Assembly: GCA_020635285.1 (NCBI GenBank) | Contig: JACKAB010000007.1 | Span: 385,120-449,119 of the forward strand | Direction of reading: 5' to 3' | DNA from: Ignavibacteriales bacterium | GTDB taxonomy: Bacteria; Bacteroidota; Ignavibacteria; Ignavibacteriales; Melioribacteraceae | DNA length: 64,000 bases | Shown here: one piece after another, positions 29,701-38,032 of the stretch | Layout: the number at the start of each line of letters is the position of its first letter | How positions within the stretch are numbered: the stretch's first letter is position 1 | Notes under the pieces: model-generated | Database searches by the model: none | What the model was told of the DNA's origin: nothing | The model's input: the letters and a program-made list of their open reading frames with translations, nothing else | Made by a program: the position numbers and the translations under genes

Positions 29701-30954
29701 ATTTGTTCCTTCAAGCTTAGCAATATCAGCTGAGAAATTTTGAGAAGCATCTAGAGCCATAATTTTTACTTTTGAATCTGAAAAAAGAATCTTTTCCATT
29801 TCAATAAGTATTTCGGTCATTATAATTCTTTCTTCGGGATCATCAAGTACATGGTCGTTGGGCTTGTAATCCATTTTGTTATTAATATATTTTTGGATGG
29901 TAGGCTTGCCAAATTTATTAATAACTGTATTGAAATCTAAATTTTTAATTAGTGGAATTGATTTATAAATCTGAGGCAACAAATTTTCATAGATTTTTGA
30001 GAAAGCCTTACTTCGAATAAAACTTTCCAAATCTCTGCACTCACCAATATTTTCATAAAATTCAATAACAGCATTGGGTGATTTATTAATTGCATTAATT
30101 GTAACTCCGCAATCTTTTGGGAATGCATTGTAAAGCGACATAATATTGCTGATAGTTAAACTATTCTTTTTTTGCTTCTTAATATTTTTTATAATATTAA
30201 AATCACTAAGAATGTTTTTAATGAATTCCTTATCGGTTTGGTAAGAAAAAATTTCATCTAAAATATCATCCGAACGTTTTTCGCTATTATCGCAATTGGT
30301 TTTTTCAGTTTTAAATTTATCCCAATATTTCAAAACTATTCTTAAGGCATTTTCAAATTCTTTTTTGAAAACGTCATAACTTTTATCAGAGCCATGAATA
30401 TAATCGCCAATAGAAAATCGTAAAAATCCGGATTGATAAGGAATAACAGCTATTCCGCGCTCAGCAGCTAACTTTTTTGTAAACTTTTCTAAATCTTGAT
30501 AGAAGAAAAAGTCTTTTAATTTTAGATTAAAAAGGAATGAGCCATCAGATGGAAGAACCTCAATATTATCATTATTATTTTCACTAAGTATTGAAGCTGC
30601 AACTTCTTTAGCAAGTTTTAATCTCTTTAAAGATTCAGCGCCAAAATTTTTATTAACTCTAAATTTGTTTATTTCGGAAACCAAATGTTTTTGATAATAA
30701 CTAAAAAACGGTTCGCTTTTATACTTAAAATCATCTGGCAAATCTAGAACATCAAGTTTATCAAGAGAAGTCAGTTCGTCCAATAAAAATAAATGGAGCG
30801 GACTTCCTTCAAACGGAGAAAATCTTTTTATTGCTTTACCTTGTTTTACTATGGCTTTCTTATCGTTAAAACTTTCTATCTCATCAATAATATATTTCTC
30901 AATTCTTGCTTTTATTTTATAACGAGATGCTTCTTTTGGAAGTTCCCGTTCCAT
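26716..30954 (-). CDS. 1412-aa multidomain protein: aminotransferase C-terminal subdomain, long helical region, PEPCK/HprK-like P-loop phosphotransferase domain, C-terminal region; probably the 3' part of a ~1940-aa gene
   Basis: Near the N-terminus, ERGIAVIPYQSGFLRFSIGDY matches the small-domain pattern of class I/II aminotransferases. Mid-protein, TDYFGNIKKPWLTMMNEKVKEMGGMPVHGSLFAV...VIQVDGDSGVGKSEMLAAMM...IKLIAGDMF...GIGTEQGDFSRV...DPEFIKYY...ADSNV...KIDIMLTASNFG runs parallel, segment for segment, to ATP-dependent PEP carboxykinase as recalled (YGGEMKK..F.MMN...G...MHCS...GLSGTGKTT...LIGDDEH...EGGCYAK...EPEIY...ENV...VIFLTADAFG). Confidence 0.6.
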   Translation of the reverse strand: MERELPKEASRYKIKARIEKYIIDEIESFNDKKAIVKQGKAIKRFSPFEGSPLHLFLLDELTSLDKLDVLDLPDDFKYKSEPFFSYYQKHLVSEINKFRVNKNFGAESLKRLKLAKEVAASILSENNNDNIEVLPSDGSFLFNLKLKDFFFYQDLEKFTKKLAAERGIAVIPYQSGFLRFSIGDYIHGSDKSYDVFKKEFENALRIVLKYWDKFKTEKTNCDNSEKRSDDILDEIFSYQTDKEFIKNILSDFNIIKNIKKQKKNSLTISNIMSLYNAFPKDCGVTINAINKSPNAVIEFYENIGECRDLESFIRSKAFSKIYENLLPQIYKSIPLIKNLDFNTVINKFGKPTIQKYINNKMDYKPNDHVLDDPEERIIMTEILIEMEKILFSDSKVKIMALDASQNFSADIAKLEGTNIILRKFVKELLLHFNLPFEQEIIEPSYEQLVNTSVEKFKEVVGFSVNEFNLKQYANIFLDKILKKLEPNLLSAKLDGIVHQSLMNNIFSKNLTTSNQLLNFYLLNKEDNFLNMLNKKVQLLSNKLSEKENGEVKLFTEEFIFEIIQTEIDGVFGEIFRYKNEKITQDKLHQTTRDIILLFVRIINKTRSTEYYDKYTHSLIKFVETSYIQQNSSINEMIQHGITLHRNYDFSSNALDSYDNGSLKWIEDVMKKCGVIASEQPVQSHTRIATDAKKREYAMHRIDREDDKTLERNYDDVNQYIKNLDTKPTAVFFKKRLAKFVDNMDANDYRCKIIKHGLVKVLYIIQKSYIKYLTDNHRLITADEVGLNDLKDFVPDVILFYGAPEKVISYPQIGYFNIKGPNGNIKTLVTPLKSKTDYFGNIKKPWLTMMNEKVKEMGGMPVHGSLFAVEEEDGSIFVIQVDGDSGVGKSEMLAAMMLKWLKKDLPGIRSIKLIAGDMFYVFPDSEGNLYGIGTEQGDFSRVTDFDPEFIKYYNSLFQSAADSNVEDLNSRSTISGLCDIRMPYKIDIMLTASNFGRQEAGITVFKNPENFLLYRHSHGERKEKATSSDNPNFQRTLLRYTNDKNVVEVMDKHGNYLDDVLDWEKDEFTGKFYLCSSYKLIDKIDIEDVVNKLFDKKTFKHSDGNNYSIDSVKFDIIKNRFIASCTKTNDETVSAKDIILDRAIFSNLFNSLASTPAGQPFIAEENQYEQMKHLVNILKGGVKEKGAGRHIQFGLLSTDLGREGKEITGPQAAAKDMVKMIQEVRISKPEINKNKNFIRNIVKEKYPNIFNGVKQNSEVNRYNFFLFQLEQMRKAEFVRIDDEKAKVDLSSIKGFCPIKKEHGFSPLLVTPNINVELSGFTETYEQLMDLPNNQDFADEFYKDCEKLYIAEGYSRETIENNMILQLLLMNGYLNIEDITRGKITEKVNRETLAAAKFAVVKRNNSTEKKSSKK

Positions 30955-30962
30955 TCTGTCTT

Positions 30963-32546
30963 TTATCTTTTTGCAAGCTGAGCGGTTTCCAAAGTATTAA
31001 CAAGCATATAAAGAGAATTGGTATTTCCTTTTTCAATTCCATTCTGCTGTTTAGCAAAATCGATAACATCTTTTTTTGCCGGTGTTGCAACCAATGATCC
31101 TAAACGACTTCCCGTTGCCCCGAGATTTTTTGTTGTGGAAAGTGACGACACCGCACTGATATTGCTCAATGAAGAAATGTTATTCATTATGTAGCGAGAA
31201 ATTGTTCTCCACTTTGGCTCTTGCGGATTTTCAATTTTAACTGCGTCGCTGTAAGCTTCATCCAACAATAAAGTAATTTTGCTATTGTTTAAAAATTTGA
31301 GAAACTTAATTAATGAAACATTATTAAAGTCAGTATAGCCCGAAGGATTTGAAGGATCATTAATTATTATTGTTAAGTTTTCGCAGAATTTATCCCACAA
31401 ATTTCCTGTATCATCAAATAGTTGAAAATTAATTTTCATTCTATTTAATCGTTGGTGTAGTCTTTCAAAATCTATTCTTCCAGTTTCATCCAGACCAATT
31501 TCCAAATCAAAAGGATTTATATCAAAGCGGTCCTCGGGAAATAAATCTTTATATTCCCATGAAGCTTCTTGGTTAAATAAAATATAGGGCATTAGAACGT
31601 TATCAGAAAGTATATCTCTAATAATCATCTGAACATCATCTGCAATAGTGGTGATTTCCAAATTGGCTAAATTGCTTACAAACTCTTTAATTATTTCTTT
31701 TTCTTCTGCTGTTCTTATTTCATACGAATCTTTTATTCCCAAATCAATGAGCAGATTGTTAAATCGCCCAGTATTATCAGACTCATTCTGCACTTTTGTA
31801 ATAAACTCTTTATACTTTTCTAAGAATAAATTAATCCCAAAGTTTTTATGAAAATGGTTTTTTAAAGTTCGCTGATAATTATCCGGAATAATATCAATAA
31901 CAGTTTTACACTTTTTAATAATTTTGGAGTTAAGCGGTTTTAATTTTCTTTGAAGTAAATAACTTCCGTAAGTTCTAATTTGTCCGCGCCCACCGCCTTC
32001 GACAATTGTTGCAATTTGCACTTGCTCAATGTTCGAATAAATATATGCTTTTGTTCTTGTTTCAAACTCAGAAATTAATGCTTTGTTTGTTTTTTGAAGT
32101 GACTTTGGATTTTTACAATTTTGAACAAGTACAATAAAATCGTGCAATTTTGTAATCGCGTACTTATCCTTAATAATTTGCTTAACAAAATGGTTAAACT
32201 TATACAGATTGAGATTCTTTAAATTATTCTCTGTTTCGCCAAGTTGCTCAAGCTCAAACTGTTTTAGCTCTTCTTCATAATCTGCAATTTTTTGTTCTGC
32301 GCAACTTCTAAAAGTTTCTAAGTTTTTGTCATTCACTTTATCTAAAATTAAGCGGAGGTTTAATTGACTATTAGCTAGAGCGCCTAATTTTTTTGTGTGA
32401 ACTTTATTTAATGTGTTTACAATTTTATTATGAAAACAAAAAACCAATGAAGTGTTTGTGCTTTTCGATTCTGGAGAATCATCAACCAACACAATTCTGG
32501 TTAAGTATGGAAACCATTTTTTATCATTGAAAATATTCTTTCTCAT
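30963..32546 (-). CDS. 527-aa protein: unknown N-terminal region plus class I/II PLP aminotransferase large domain with an insertion; probably the 5' part of the same gene as 26716..30954
   Basis: Motifs appear in the canonical order: IVEGGGRGQI, INDPSNPSG (N-P-x-N-P-x-G), LLLDEAYSD (DEAY), SLSTTKNLGATGSRLG (S-x-S-K...G-x-R-x-G, PLP lysine retained). The ORF stops 8 nt before the next ATG, inside an A5 run. Confidence 0.6.
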   Translation of the reverse strand: MRKNIFNDKKWFPYLTRIVLVDDSPESKSTNTSLVFCFHNKIVNTLNKVHTKKLGALANSQLNLRLILDKVNDKNLETFRSCAEQKIADYEEELKQFELEQLGETENNLKNLNLYKFNHFVKQIIKDKYAITKLHDFIVLVQNCKNPKSLQKTNKALISEFETRTKAYIYSNIEQVQIATIVEGGGRGQIRTYGSYLLQRKLKPLNSKIIKKCKTVIDIIPDNYQRTLKNHFHKNFGINLFLEKYKEFITKVQNESDNTGRFNNLLIDLGIKDSYEIRTAEEKEIIKEFVSNLANLEITTIADDVQMIIRDILSDNVLMPYILFNQEASWEYKDLFPEDRFDINPFDLEIGLDETGRIDFERLHQRLNRMKINFQLFDDTGNLWDKFCENLTIIINDPSNPSGYTDFNNVSLIKFLKFLNNSKITLLLDEAYSDAVKIENPQEPKWRTISRYIMNNISSLSNISAVSSLSTTKNLGATGSRLGSLVATPAKKDVIDFAKQQNGIEKGNTNSLYMLVNTLETAQLAKR

Positions 32547-32587
32547 ATTTTCAATTTTTACTATAAAGATACTTGTTGTATCTGATT

Positions 32588-33364
32588 CTATTTGTTTAAA
32601 TAGGTCATCGGCATTTTAAAATCAATTACTTTTACATCTTTGTTGTTAAAAATTTCTTCAGAAAGTAATTCCACAACTGTGTTTGAGCCACCGCCAACAA
32701 CTGTTTTTATGAAACCATCTAAACCTTTAAAATTTACCGTTAAGAAAGTTCTATTTAGAAAATCTTGTTTTTCGGCATTGGTCGTGTAATGAGAACTTTG
32801 AATTATCATTTGCTCAAGCACATCCATAAAATAATTCCATTGTGCTTCCTCAATATCGCCGTTTACCCCAATTACATCTCTGAATTTTCTTAATTCAGTT
32901 ACATCATCACCCAAAACCATTTTGTACATTAGGTCTAAATGAGCTTCTGTAACCGGCGGAGTTCCCACAGAATAATCATGTGAATTAAGAATGTTAAGTG
33001 TTTGCTCTTTTGTTTGTGAATCAACAGCTTCAGTATCAATAAAATATTTTAGTTTATTTTCAAAACTTTGTTTTTGTGTTCTATATTGAAACGCTTTCGA
33101 ATCTTCATGCGGGAAGATCATTAAAGAAACATCGGTATATCCAGGAATGGATTCTTTTAGTTCTAATATGTATTTATCTATTTCTGCTAATTGTTTTGAG
33201 GGATCAATTGGTTCTTCATAACAAATCCTTACAAAGTTTTTAAGCAGATTAAGCGTATCATTGGGCATAAAATTTTCAGCCCGTTCGCCCAGTAATAAGA
33301 ATAAATTTATATAATCATGTGCTTCAGATCGCAATTTTATTTTTGGTTTTCCAGTTATTTGCAT
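32588..33364 (-). CDS. hypothetical 258-aa protein, first gene of the aminotransferase/PEPCK-like operon
   Basis: Clean ORF on the same strand, 41 nt upstream of the next gene. I recognise no motif. Confidence 0.5.
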   Translation of the reverse strand: MQITGKPKIKLRSEAHDYINLFLLLGERAENFMPNDTLNLLKNFVRICYEEPIDPSKQLAEIDKYILELKESIPGYTDVSLMIFPHEDSKAFQYRTQKQSFENKLKYFIDTEAVDSQTKEQTLNILNSHDYSVGTPPVTEAHLDLMYKMVLGDDVTELRKFRDVIGVNGDIEEAQWNYFMDVLEQMIIQSSHYTTNAEKQDFLNRTFLTVNFKGLDGFIKTVVGGGSNTVVELLSEEIFNNKDVKVIDFKMPMTYLNK

Positions 33365-33671
33365 AATTCTTTCAAAATTAGTTGAACAAAATTAAATTTA
33401 GGTTGTAAAAGGCAGATAATTGTAAATTTTTATGTATTGACTTTCTAAAAATATTCAGTTTATTATATGCCGTAAAGTGAAGGTGAAAATGTAACTAAAA
33501 CATAAGTTTCAAATATACTTAACTTTTTTATTTTTTTGTCGATTATGGGGGATAAATTAAAAAATTGTGCTTTTAGTTTAAATCGAAAAAGAAAATAATT
33601 ATAAGAACCCCTCAAATTTATTGTTTCTTTTGCATCTAAATGTATAAAAACTAAATAATTTAAAATAACTA

Positions 33672-33700
33672 TTGACTTTAAGTTCAAAAAGCCTTATATA
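33672..33700 (+). promoter_or_regulatory. candidate sigma-70-type promoter for rpoD
   Basis: TTGACT (33672-33677), a 17-nt spacer, then TATATA (33695-33700), about 70 nt upstream of the TTG start at 33773. Confidence 0.35.
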
Positions 33701-33772
33701 CCTAAGATTTTTTAGACAAATAAGTTTATGTGTCTTAATATGAGAATTTTCTAAACACAAGGGAGTATCTAC

Positions 33773-34633
33773 TTGAAAATCACTAAACAAATAACCAACA
33801 GAGAAAGCCAATCGTTGGACAAATATTTCCAAGAAATTGGTAAAGTTGATCTTATAACACCAGAAGAAGAGATCACTTTAGCAATTCAAATCCGTGAGGG
33901 AAATAAAGCCGCCTTGGATAAGCTTACAAAAGCTAATTTAAGGTTTGTGGTAAGTGTTGCTAAACAATACCAGCACCAAGGACTGCCACTAAGTGACTTA
34001 ATTAACGAAGGAAATCTTGGTTTGATTAAAGCTGCAAAGAAATTTGACGAGACAAGAGGATTTAAATTTATATCCTATGCCGTATGGTGGATCCGTCAAT
34101 CAATTATGCAAGCAATAGCAGATCAATCAAGAATGGTTCGTTTACCCTTAAACAGAGTTGGAGAATTGTCCAAAATTTCTAAAGCTGCAAGCTCACTTGA
34201 GCAAGAACTTGAACGCAAACCTAGCGTTGAAGAAATTGCAGAAGTTTTAGAAATGAATGTTGATGATGTAGCTTATACATTGCGCCATTCTGGCAGACAA
34301 GTTTCTGTTGATGCTCCATTTTCACAAAGCGAAGATAGTAAAAGCAGTCTTTTGGATATTATGCCAAATGACGATCAACCGACACCAGATCATTCTTTAA
34401 TGAGTGAATCATTAAGAAATGAAATCGAGCGAGTGCTTTCTACTTTATCTGATAAAGAGGCAACTGTAATTAAATTGTACTTTGGATTTAATACAGAATA
34501 TACTGCAACTTTAGAAGAAATTGGTGAAATATTAAATCTTACTCGCGAAAGAGTTAGACAAATTAAAGAGCAAGCTTTAAGAAAATTGCGTCACGCTTCA
34601 AGAAGCAAAAAACTTAAAGTCTATCTTGGTTAA
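33773..34633 (+). CDS. rpoD: primary RNA polymerase sigma factor (short, FCB-type RpoD/SigA)
   Basis: 286 aa. The N-terminus [23 protein letters not shown] is typical of Bacteroidota-type SigA. Region 2 reads [32 protein letters not shown]...[16 protein letters not shown] and region 4 reads [24 protein letters not shown]. Confidence 0.9.
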   Translation: MKITKQITNRESQSLDKYFQEIGKVDLITPEEEITLAIQIREGNKAALDKLTKANLRFVVSVAKQYQHQGLPLSDLINEGNLGLIKAAKKFDETRGFKFISYAVWWIRQSIMQAIADQSRMVRLPLNRVGELSKISKAASSLEQELERKPSVEEIAEVLEMNVDDVAYTLRHSGRQVSVDAPFSQSEDSKSSLLDIMPNDDQPTPDHSLMSESLRNEIERVLSTLSDKEATVIKLYFGFNTEYTATLEEIGEILNLTRERVRQIKEQALRKLRHASRSKKLKVYLG

Positions 34634-34650
34634 TAATACCAATTGATATT

Positions 34651-34683
34651 AAAGCGGTTAAGGAAACTTGACCGCTTTTTTTA
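34651..34683 (+). terminator. rho-independent terminator of rpoD
   Basis: aagcggt (34652-34658) pairs with accgctt (34671-34677), followed by a T-run, 18 nt after the stop. Confidence 0.7.
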
Positions 34684-34703
34684 TGTCCGCGAAAAAAAAG
34701 TTA

Positions 34704-34733
34704 TTGACATTTACTATCAAATTAAATTATCTT
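34704..34733 (+). promoter_or_regulatory. candidate promoter of the trp operon
   Basis: TTGACA at 34704-34709, a 17-18-nt spacer, then TTATCT or TATCTT at 34727-34733. It lies immediately upstream of the leader ORF. Confidence 0.3.
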
Positions 34734-34743
34734 GCAACATAAA

Positions 34744-34812
34744 ATGAAAAAGACAAATACAACATATAATTTTAACTGGCAATGGTGGTGGAGAAAATCC
34801 AAGCAGCATTAG
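34744..34812 (+). CDS. trpL: tryptophan-operon leader peptide (22 aa, 4 Trp codons)
   Basis: ATG AAA AAG ACA AAT ACA ACA TAT AAT TTT AAC TGG CAA TGG TGG TGG AGA AAA TCC AAG CAG CAT TAG encodes MKKTNTTYNFNWQWWWRKSKQH. A terminator hairpin follows, and the ORF lies directly upstream of trpE. Confidence 0.7.
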   Translation: MKKTNTTYNFNWQWWWRKSKQH

Positions 34813-34841
34813 TCAGTGAATTATATCTTTTAAAAATTTAA

Positions 34842-34877
34842 ACCCTTCAAAGTAATTCGCTGCGAAGGGTTTTTTGT
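34842..34877 (+). terminator. attenuator terminator of the trp leader
   Basis: acccttc (34842-34848) pairs with gaagggt (34864-34870), followed by TTTTTTG, 30 nt after the leader stop. Confidence 0.6.
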
Positions 34878-34901
34878 TATATATGCTCATATTTTATTAA
34901 T

Positions 34902-34968
34902 GTTATTCCAAACTCCATCCGGAATCAAATTAATAATAATAAAGATGCTGAAATGAATTCAGCATGAC
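34902..34968. repeat. bipartite hairpin repeat, copy 3, between the trp attenuator and trpE
   Basis: The sequence is gttattccaaactccatccggaatc-aaattaataataataaag-atgctgaaatgaattcagcatgac. The 24-nt second module is identical to 61703-61726. Confidence 0.6.
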
Positions 34969-34990
34969 AAACAAATGGATTAAGACTAAA

Positions 34991-36469
34991 ATGAACAAAG
35001 ACGAATTTAAAAAATATGCTGAAGAATATAACGTAATCCCAATTTATGAAACAATTACTGCGGATTTACTTACGCCCGTTTTAGCTTACTTACGAATTAG
35101 GGAAAAAGGAAAGTATAGTTTCCTTCTTGAATCGGTTGAAGGTATTGGAAGATTAGCGAGATATTCGTTTATTGGCCATTCGCCATCCTCAATAATTGTT
35201 TCAGATAAAAATAAAATTGTCATCTCTGATGAAAAGAAAAATGAGGAAGTAAAATCAAAACTTTTAGATTATTTAAGTAATAAAGTGGATTCATACAAAC
35301 ATCCTAAAATTGACGGACTTCCCGATTTTACCGGCGGTATTGTTGGTTATTTAGGATTTGAAATAATGAGAGAAATTGAAAACACAATTATTTTTAATAA
35401 TAAAAAAGATGATGAATTTCCCGAAGCAATACTTGGATTATTTGATTCCATAATTGCTTTTGATCACTTTAAACACCGTATAATTCTTATTCAAAATGTG
35501 TTTGTTGAAGAAACTTCTAATCTTGAAGAATTATACGCAACTGCAAAAAATAAAATGGAAATCTTAAAAACCACAATTCAAAAACCAGTTGAATTACCTG
35601 AAACATTTATATTGACAGGGAAAATTCAAGATGAAATTAATAAAGAATTATTTAATCAGAAAATTGAGAAGAGTAAAAAGAATATTTATGATGGCGATGT
35701 TTTCCAATTGGTTCTTTCAGAAAGATTCAGCTCTGAGTATAAAGGCGATTTGCTCAATGTTTATAGGGCTTTGCGGATTATCAATCCTTCTCCATATATG
35801 TACATAATGGAGTTTGAGAATGATTTATCAATAATTGGAACTTCACCAGAGGACTTGTTAAAAGTCAATAAAAAGAAAGCAACTATTTTGCCAATTGCCG
35901 GAACAAGAAGGCGCGGCAAAACTTTTGAAGAAGACTTAGAATTGGAAAAAGAATTGCTTGCAGATAAAAAAGAAATTGCTGAACATACCATGTTAGTTGA
36001 TTTAGCCAGAAATGATTTGGGAAGAGTCTGCAAACACAACACCGTTAAAGTTACAGAAATGATGAATGTTCACCGCTTTTCTCATGTGATGCATATTGTC
36101 TCCAGAGTTGAAGGTGAATTGAAAGACGATCAAAATTGTATTGATGCTTTGAAAGCTAGCTTTCCGGCAGGAACAGTTTCAGGTGCTCCAAAAATTAGAG
36201 CAATTCAATTAATTGAAGATTATGAAGAAATTAGTCGTGGACCTTATGCAGGCTCGGTTGGCTACATTGATTTTAAAGGTAATTTAGATATGTGCATAGC
36301 AATAAGAACATTATTTGCAGATAGCAAAAAAATTTACTGGCAAGCCGGAGCTGGAATTGTGGCAGATAGTAAAGCAGAATTAGAGTTGAAAGAAATTAAA
36401 AATAAATCGGCTGTTTTAGAAAGTGCATTAAAATTTGCAGAGGTTATTGATGAAAATTTTAGTAATTGA
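34991..36469 (+). CDS. trpE: anthranilate synthase component I
   Basis: Motifs LESVEG, TSPE.LLKV, PIAGTRRRG and FPAGTVSGAPK are present. The ORF-track ATG at 34964 lies inside the hairpin repeat. MNKDEFKKYAEEYNVIPIY from 34991 matches typical TrpE N-termini. Confidence 0.9.
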   Translation: MNKDEFKKYAEEYNVIPIYETITADLLTPVLAYLRIREKGKYSFLLESVEGIGRLARYSFIGHSPSSIIVSDKNKIVISDEKKNEEVKSKLLDYLSNKVDSYKHPKIDGLPDFTGGIVGYLGFEIMREIENTIIFNNKKDDEFPEAILGLFDSIIAFDHFKHRIILIQNVFVEETSNLEELYATAKNKMEILKTTIQKPVELPETFILTGKIQDEINKELFNQKIEKSKKNIYDGDVFQLVLSERFSSEYKGDLLNVYRALRIINPSPYMYIMEFENDLSIIGTSPEDLLKVNKKKATILPIAGTRRRGKTFEEDLELEKELLADKKEIAEHTMLVDLARNDLGRVCKHNTVKVTEMMNVHRFSHVMHIVSRVEGELKDDQNCIDALKASFPAGTVSGAPKIRAIQLIEDYEEISRGPYAGSVGYIDFKGNLDMCIAIRTLFADSKKIYWQAGAGIVADSKAELELKEIKNKSAVLESALKFAEVIDENFSN

Positions 36470-37016
36470 TAATTATGATTCATTTACGTTTAATCTTGTG
36501 CAACTTGTCGGAAAATTTACATCCGATATAATTGTAAAAAGAAATGATAAAATAAATTTAGATGAAATTAAAAAGTTAGCTCCGGATAAAATAATTATTT
36601 CTCCGGGACCGGGCAGACCGGAAGATTCTAAAATTTCACTAGATATAATCAAAGAACTTGGAAAAACCATACCAGTATTAGGCGTGTGTTTGGGTCATCA
36701 AGGAATTGGAATTTGTTTTGGAGCAAACATAATAAATACACCAATTTTAATGCACGGAAAAACTTCAAAAGTTACGCATGATAATAAAACAATATTTAAA
36801 GATGTTCCACAAAATTTTGAAGCAGGAAGATATCACTCACTGATCATTGATAGAACAAGTTTAAATGGCGAACTGGAAATAACATCAGAAACTGCTGATA
36901 ATATTATTATGGGGGTAAGACATAAAAAATATCCAATTGAAGGAATTCAATTTCATCCCGAATCAATTTTAACGCCGCAAGGTGAAAACATAATTAAAAA
37001 CTGGCTGGCATTATGA
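36450..37016 (+). CDS. trpG: anthranilate synthase component II (glutamine amidotransferase)
   Basis: Motifs MKILVIDNYDSFTFNLVQ, GVCLGHQ and IQFHPES are present. The start overlaps the end of trpE. Confidence 0.9.
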   Translation: MKILVIDNYDSFTFNLVQLVGKFTSDIIVKRNDKINLDEIKKLAPDKIIISPGPGRPEDSKISLDIIKELGKTIPVLGVCLGHQGIGICFGANIINTPILMHGKTSKVTHDNKTIFKDVPQNFEAGRYHSLIIDRTSLNGELEITSETADNIIMGVRHKKYPIEGIQFHPESILTPQGENIIKNWLAL

Positions 37017-38032
37017 AAGAGCAATTAGAAAAAGTAATAATAGGTGAGAGCTTAACCTTTGATGAAGCATACAAAATTATGCACTCGATAATGAGTGGTG
37101 AAGAAAACAATTCTAAAATTGCTTCGCTGCTAACAGCACTAAAAATTAAAGGTGAAACCGCTGAAGAAGTTGCAGGCTTTGTAAAAGCGATGAGAGAAAA
37201 AGTTATAAATATTAAATGCGAGAATGAAAGGGTTATTGATGTTTGTGGAACGGGCGGAGATGGTTCGGGCACGTTTAATATTTCTACAGCTGTTTCTTTT
37301 GTTGTTGCGGGAGCTGGTATAAGCGTTGCTAAGCATGGTAACAGATCAATCTCAAGCAGAAGTGGAAGTTCTGATGTTCTGCACGAATTGGGAGTTGATG
37401 TACAGTTAAATCCTGAGTTATCTGAAAAAGCATTAAACGAAATTGGTATTGCATTTTTGTTTGCACCACTCTATCACCCAGCAATGAAGCATGTTGCACC
37501 TATTAGGAAGGAATTAGAGTTTCGATCAATATTTAATATTCTTGGTCCTCTTACAAATCCGGCCGGAGTAAAAAGACAATTAATTGGCACTTTTAGTGAT
37601 AAGACAGCTAAACTAATGAGTGAAGCTATAAAATTATTGGAGATGCAAAAAGTAGCTTTTCTATGTACCAATAATGCTTATGATGAAATCACTTTAACCG
37701 ATACAACAAAAGTATTTGAAGTCAATCACGATCATTCGATGTATTTATATTCATTAACCAATGAAAATTTCAACTTTCCTAAAATTACATTAGATCAACT
37801 TCATGGCGGTTCCGCAAAAGAAAATGCAGAAATAATTTATAATATATTTTCAGGCAAAACATCAGGACCAACATACGAGGTCGTTATTGCTAATGCAGCA
37901 ATGGCCTTGAAGACTTCTGGAATTTCTGATGATCTACTGGAGTGTAAAAACATTGCAGAAGAATCAATAAAATCTGGTGCTACGTTAAAAAAACTAAATG
38001 AACTAAAAGACTTTGGTGATAAATACAAATGA
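37013..38032 (+). CDS. trpD: anthranilate phosphoribosyltransferase
   Basis: Motifs [31 protein letters not shown] and [10 protein letters not shown] are present. The start overlaps the end of trpG by 4 nt. Confidence 0.9.
   Translation: MKEQLEKVIIGESLTFDEAYKIMHSIMSGEENNSKIASLLTALKIKGETAEEVAGFVKAMREKVINIKCENERVIDVCGTGGDGSGTFNISTAVSFVVAGAGISVAKHGNRSISSRSGSSDVLHELGVDVQLNPELSEKALNEIGIAFLFAPLYHPAMKHVAPIRKELEFRSIFNILGPLTNPAGVKRQLIGTFSDKTAKLMSEAIKLLEMQKVAFLCTNNAYDEITLTDTTKVFEVNHDHSMYLYSLTNENFNFPKITLDQLHGGSAKENAEIIYNIFSGKTSGPTYEVVIANAAMALKTSGISDDLLECKNIAEESIKSGATLKKLNELKDFGDKYK

Noticed and set aside
33463-33832. Small minus-strand ORFs 33463..33687 and 33599..33832 in the rpoD upstream region.
   Set aside because: They lie in AT-rich intergenic sequence, have no recognisable motifs, and overlap the rpoD start and likely promoters. 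They are treated as noise.
34964-34990. ATG at 34964 as the trpE start, as in the ORF track.
   Set aside because: This ATG lies inside the second hairpin of a repeat element also present at 61703-61726. The downstream ATG at 34991 gives a typical TrpE N-terminus.
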